A stretch of 51,325 bases of DNA from Octopus sinensis (taxonomy: Eukaryota). Below the pieces are notes generated by a model. That model made no database searches. It saw only the letters and a list, made by a program, of their open reading frames with translations, and was not told the origin of the DNA. The position numbers and the translations under genes were made by a program. Each line of letters begins with the position of its first letter. Within the stretch, counting starts at the first letter, position 1. The DNA lies in the NCBI RefSeq assembly GCF_006345805.1, contig NW_021834170.1, positions 1 to 51,325 of the forward strand, written 5' to 3'. Shown piece by piece: positions 47,535 through 51,325 of this stretch.

Positions 47535-47846
47535 GGAGGCACAATGGCCCAGTGGTTAGGACAGCGGACTCACGGCCGGAGGATCGCGGTTTCGATTCCC
47601 GGACCGGGTGTTGTGTATGTTTATTGAGTGAAAACACCTAAAGCTCCACGAGGCTCCAGCAGGGGGTGGTGGCGACCCCTGTTGTATTCTTTCACCCCAA
47701 CTTTCTCTCACTCTTTCTTCCTGTTTCTTGAGTAACGCTGTGATGGATTGGTGTCCCGTCCGGCTGGGGGGAACACAAACACCATAGAAACTGGGAAACT
47801 GGGCTCATGAGCCTGGCTAGGCTTGAAAAGGGCGCATAAAAAAAAG
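47535..47846 (+). mobile_element. SINE F1, tail type C
   Basis: F1 head and body, then CTGTGATGGATTGGTGTCCCGTCC..AGAAACTGGGAAACTGG..A-rich end. Confidence 0.88.
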
Positions 47847-48194
47847 AAACCATTGGTGCTGATGGGTTAATATGATATCTGTGATATATTTATTTCTTTT
47901 ATTGACTGGTTGAATTTTGTCATCTGAAGATAGTTTAGCATTAACAAAGTATGAAGTTAAGATGTATTACCTTTAACAGACTTTACTCTCTACACATTTC
48001 ACTTTCAGAGTGCTATTAAGCACCCTAGAGGTGTGGTAACCATGGGAGATTATTAAAGATTGTGAGTTTTTAACATAACAATGTTTATGTTGATTATGAT
48101 AATGGTAATGATGATGAAGGTGTGACAGAGTGTAACAATGTTTATGATAATGATAATGATTATAATGAGGTTGACAATTAAAAACAGTAGTGCA

Positions 48195-48207
48195 AATTAG
48201 GATGAGT

Positions 48208-48241
<34 letters not shown>

Positions 48242-48529
48242 CGACTTTTGTGGTGCCGATAATGGTAGTAACAATGGTTCTGTTGCTACTGCTGCTGCTG
48301 CTGCTGTTACCACTGCTGCTGAGGATGCTGATGCTGATGATAATGGCAATAAGGATGATGAGGAGAAGGTGAATGACAATGATTATTGCTGTGGTGATGA
48401 CGATGATGATGATGATGGTGGTGATGATGGTGATGATGATGGTGGTGATGATGGTGGTGATGATGGTGATGATGATGATGGTGATGATGATGATGATGGT
48501 GATGATGGTGATGTTGATGATGATGATAG

Positions 48530-48581
<52 letters not shown>

Positions 48582-48612
48582 GGTGATGATGGTGATGATG
48601 GTGATGATGATG

Positions 48613-48644
<32 letters not shown>

Positions 48645-48666
48645 GAGGATGATGATGATGATGATG

Positions 48667-48699
<33 letters not shown>

Positions 48700-48860
48700 G
48701 TGATGGTGATGGTGATGATGGTGATGATAGTGATGGAGATGTGAATGTGTGTGCATGTGTGTGTGTGTGTGTGTGAAATAATGATGATGGCAGCATATTG
48801 AAGAAGCTGTTGCCGATTTCAAAAATGATGATGATGATGATGATGATGGTGAAAATAATG
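48195..48860. repeat. (GAT)n/(GGT) trinucleotide expansion
   Basis: Direct reading; source of the poly-His, poly-Asp, poly-Met and poly-Ser ORFs. Confidence 0.95.
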
Positions 48861-49149
48861 ATGACAGTAAGAATGATGGAAATGATGACAGGGAAGATGA
48901 TGACGGTGAAAGTCGTAATAGTTTATGATGTCACAATGACAGCATTAACTACAATAATAATAACAACAAAAACATACAAAAATAATAATAATTTCCAAAA
49001 AGATTGAATAAATAAAGACAGAAAAGAAAAAAAGGAAAATGGTGGGAGGGGAACCATTATTTCATGACACTAATCAAGAAAAAGTACAATAATTACCCTT
49101 AGATCAATTAGCTAATTCAAACAACAACAGCAGCAGCAGCAGGAACATC

Positions 49150-49151
49150 AT

Positions 49152-49185
<34 letters not shown>

Positions 49186-49255
49186 GGTGGTGTATGTGGT
49201 AGTGCTAATAGTACTGGTAGTAGTAGAAGTTGTTGTGTTGGTGGTGATGGTGGTG

Positions 49256-49289
<34 letters not shown>

Positions 49290-49562
49290 AGTAGTGGTGG
49301 TTGTGGTGGTGGTGGTGGTGGTGTCTATGGTAGTGCTTATAGTACTGGTAGTTGTAGAAGTTGTGTGTTGGTGTGGTGGTGGTGGTTGGGGTGGTGGTGG
49401 GTGGTGGTGGTGGTGGTGGTGGTGGTGGTGGTGGTGTGGGGTAGTAGTAGTAGTAGCAGTAGTAGTAGAGTAGTGGTGGTTGTGGTGGTGGTGGTGGTGT
49501 ATGTGGTAGTGCTAATAGTACTGGTAGTAGTAGAAGTTGTGGTGTTGGTGGTGATGGTGGTG

Positions 49563-49598
<36 letters not shown>

Positions 49599-50272
49599 GA
49601 GTAGTGGTGGTTGTGGTGGTGGTGGTGGTGTCTGTGGTAGTGCTTATAGTACTGGTAGTAGTAGAAGTTGTGGTGTTGGTGGTGGTGGTGGTGGTGGTGG
49701 TGGTAGTGGTGGTGGTGGTGGTGGTGGTGGTGGTGGGGTGGTGGTGGTGGTTCGTGGGTGGTGGTGGTAGGGTGTGGTGGTGGTGGTGGTGTGGTGGTGG
49801 TGGGTGGTGGTGGTGGTAGTAGTAGTAGTAGCAGTAGTAGTAGAGTAGTGGTGGTTGTGGTGGTGGTGGTGGTGTATGTGGTAGTGCTAATAGTACTGGT
49901 AGTAGTAGAAGTTGTGGTGTTGGTGGTGATGGTGGTGGTGGTGGTGGGGTAGTAGTAGTAGTAGAGTAGTAGAGTAGTGGTGGTTGTGTGGTGGTGGTGG
50001 TGGTGTGTCTGTGGTAGTGCTTATAGTACTGGTAGTAGTAGAAGTTGTGGTGTTGGTGGTAGTGGTGGTGGTGGTGGTGGGTGGTGGTGGGTGGTGGTGG
50101 TGGGGTGGTGGGTGGTGGTGGTGGTGGTGGGTGGTGGTGTGGTAGTAGTAGTAGTAGTAGTAGTAGTAGAGTAGTGGTGGTTGTGGTGGTGGTGGTGGTG
50201 TCTGTGGTAGTGCTAATAGTACTGGTAGTAGTAGAAGTTGTGGTGTTGGTGGTGGTGGTGGTGGTAGTAGTG

Positions 50273-50315
<43 letters not shown>

Positions 50316-50740
50316 GTATTTGTGAAATGACTTGGGAAGTGCCAAAATCTTGCCAAGACAAAGGAGGCAGGAAGAACAATTTTGAAGGGAAGTTCATGTG
50401 AAATGGTATAGAGTGTAAGGGGATGTTGCGGTAGTGGCGATGGTGGTGGTAGTGGTAGTGGTGGTGGTGGTGGTGGTGAGTGTGAGGATGTGGTGGAGTT
50501 GGTGGTGGGGATGATCGTATTGGTGGTGGTGGTGGTGGTGATGGCGGTAGTGAGTGTTGTAGTGGGTTGTGAGGTGGTGTAGGGGTGGTGTGGTGTGGTG
50601 GTGGTGGTGGTGTGGTGGTGGTGGTGGTGTGGTGGTGGTGGTGGTGGGGTGGTGGTGGTGGTGGTGATGGTGTGGTGGTGGTGGTGGTGGTGGTGGTGGT
50701 AGTGGTGGTGGTAGTGGTGGTCGTGGTCGTGGTGGTAGTA
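49150..50740. repeat. (GTG)/(GTA) tract with a higher-order unit, ~7 copies
   Basis: Core GGTAGTGCT(A/T)ATAGTACTGGTAGTAGTAGAAGTTG recurs. Confidence 0.92.
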
Positions 50741-50842
50741 GAAAGTGAATTGTAAGTTAGGAGAGAAATAGAGTCTTCTAGATTCTTGCATATGGTTTAC
50801 TGAACATATCTGTGTATCCAAACACGCATGCACACATACATC

Positions 50843-51255
50843 TTTATTTTATCTTTTATCTTTGGTTTCTTTCAGGCAGTAGATTGCGGCCATGCTGGAG
50901 CACCATGCAGAAGTATTTTTAGTCAAATGAATTGAACACCAGTTGATTTTTTTTTTGCCAAACTGCTAAGTTACAGAGAAAGAAATACACCAACACCAGC
51001 TGTCAAGCAGTGGTGGAGGACAAATACAGACCCAAAGTTACACACACACACACACACACATACACACACACACATTCATGCATAGATGTATGATGAGCTT
51101 CTTTCAGTTTCCTTCTGCTAAATCCACTCAGCAGGCTATAGTTGGCCCAAGGCTATAGTAGAAGACACTTTTCCAAGGTGCCCCACAGTGGGACTGAACC
51201 AGGAACCATGTGGTTAGTAGCAAGCTACTTACAAAACAGCCACTCTTGCTCCTAT
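50843..51255 (-). mobile_element. SINE F3, full length
   Basis: Both halves present with internal (CA)n. Confidence 0.87.
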
Positions 51256-51278
51256 GTATGTATATATATATATATATA

Positions 51279-51325
51279 GGCGCAGGAGTGGCTGTGTGGT
51301 AAGTAGCTTGCTAACCAACCACATG
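51279..51325 (+). mobile_element. SINE F3 head, cut by the window end
   Basis: GGCGCAGGAGTGGCTGTGTGGTAAGTAGCTTGCTAACCAACCACATG. Confidence 0.88.

Noticed and set aside
48307-48822. poly-His or poly-Asp protein
   Set aside because: A pure (GAT)n expansion open in several frames, with no flanking coding signal.
49117-50833. 426 aa mucin- or extensin-like ORF
   Set aside because: The same DNA unit is read in alternating frames (poly-T, poly-P/L, poly-H/Y), showing no frame constraint. A mis-assembled Thr-rich exon cannot be fully excluded without RNA data.

Overview
Repeat-saturated eukaryotic DNA, intergenic or deep intronic, with no supportable intact host protein-coding gene. Nearly every ORF in the supplied track is a translated microsatellite. 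From memory, the SINE families and the (TA)/(CA)/(GAT) density resemble octopus (coleoid cephalopod) DNA; this is an inference, not a database result. The window holds four SINE families (my labels F1-F4), 5'-truncated LINE ends (several RTE families, one CR1-like, one L2/Jockey-group), an internally deleted mariner and mariner MITEs, two TTAA piggyBac-type MITE families, two Helitron-type elements and several minisatellites. Highlights: (1) about eight dispersed minimal type-I hammerhead-ribozyme-like motifs of the Penelope type, two of them in one ~93-bp-arm inverted repeat; (2) one tRNA-derived SINE head carrying four different 3' tails, one matching an RTE LINE 3' end also present here, with both inserted in (TA)n; (3) an RTE 3'UTR motif that seeds tandem arrays, including a near-perfect 9x58-bp array. 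Boundaries of degenerate copies are approximate.
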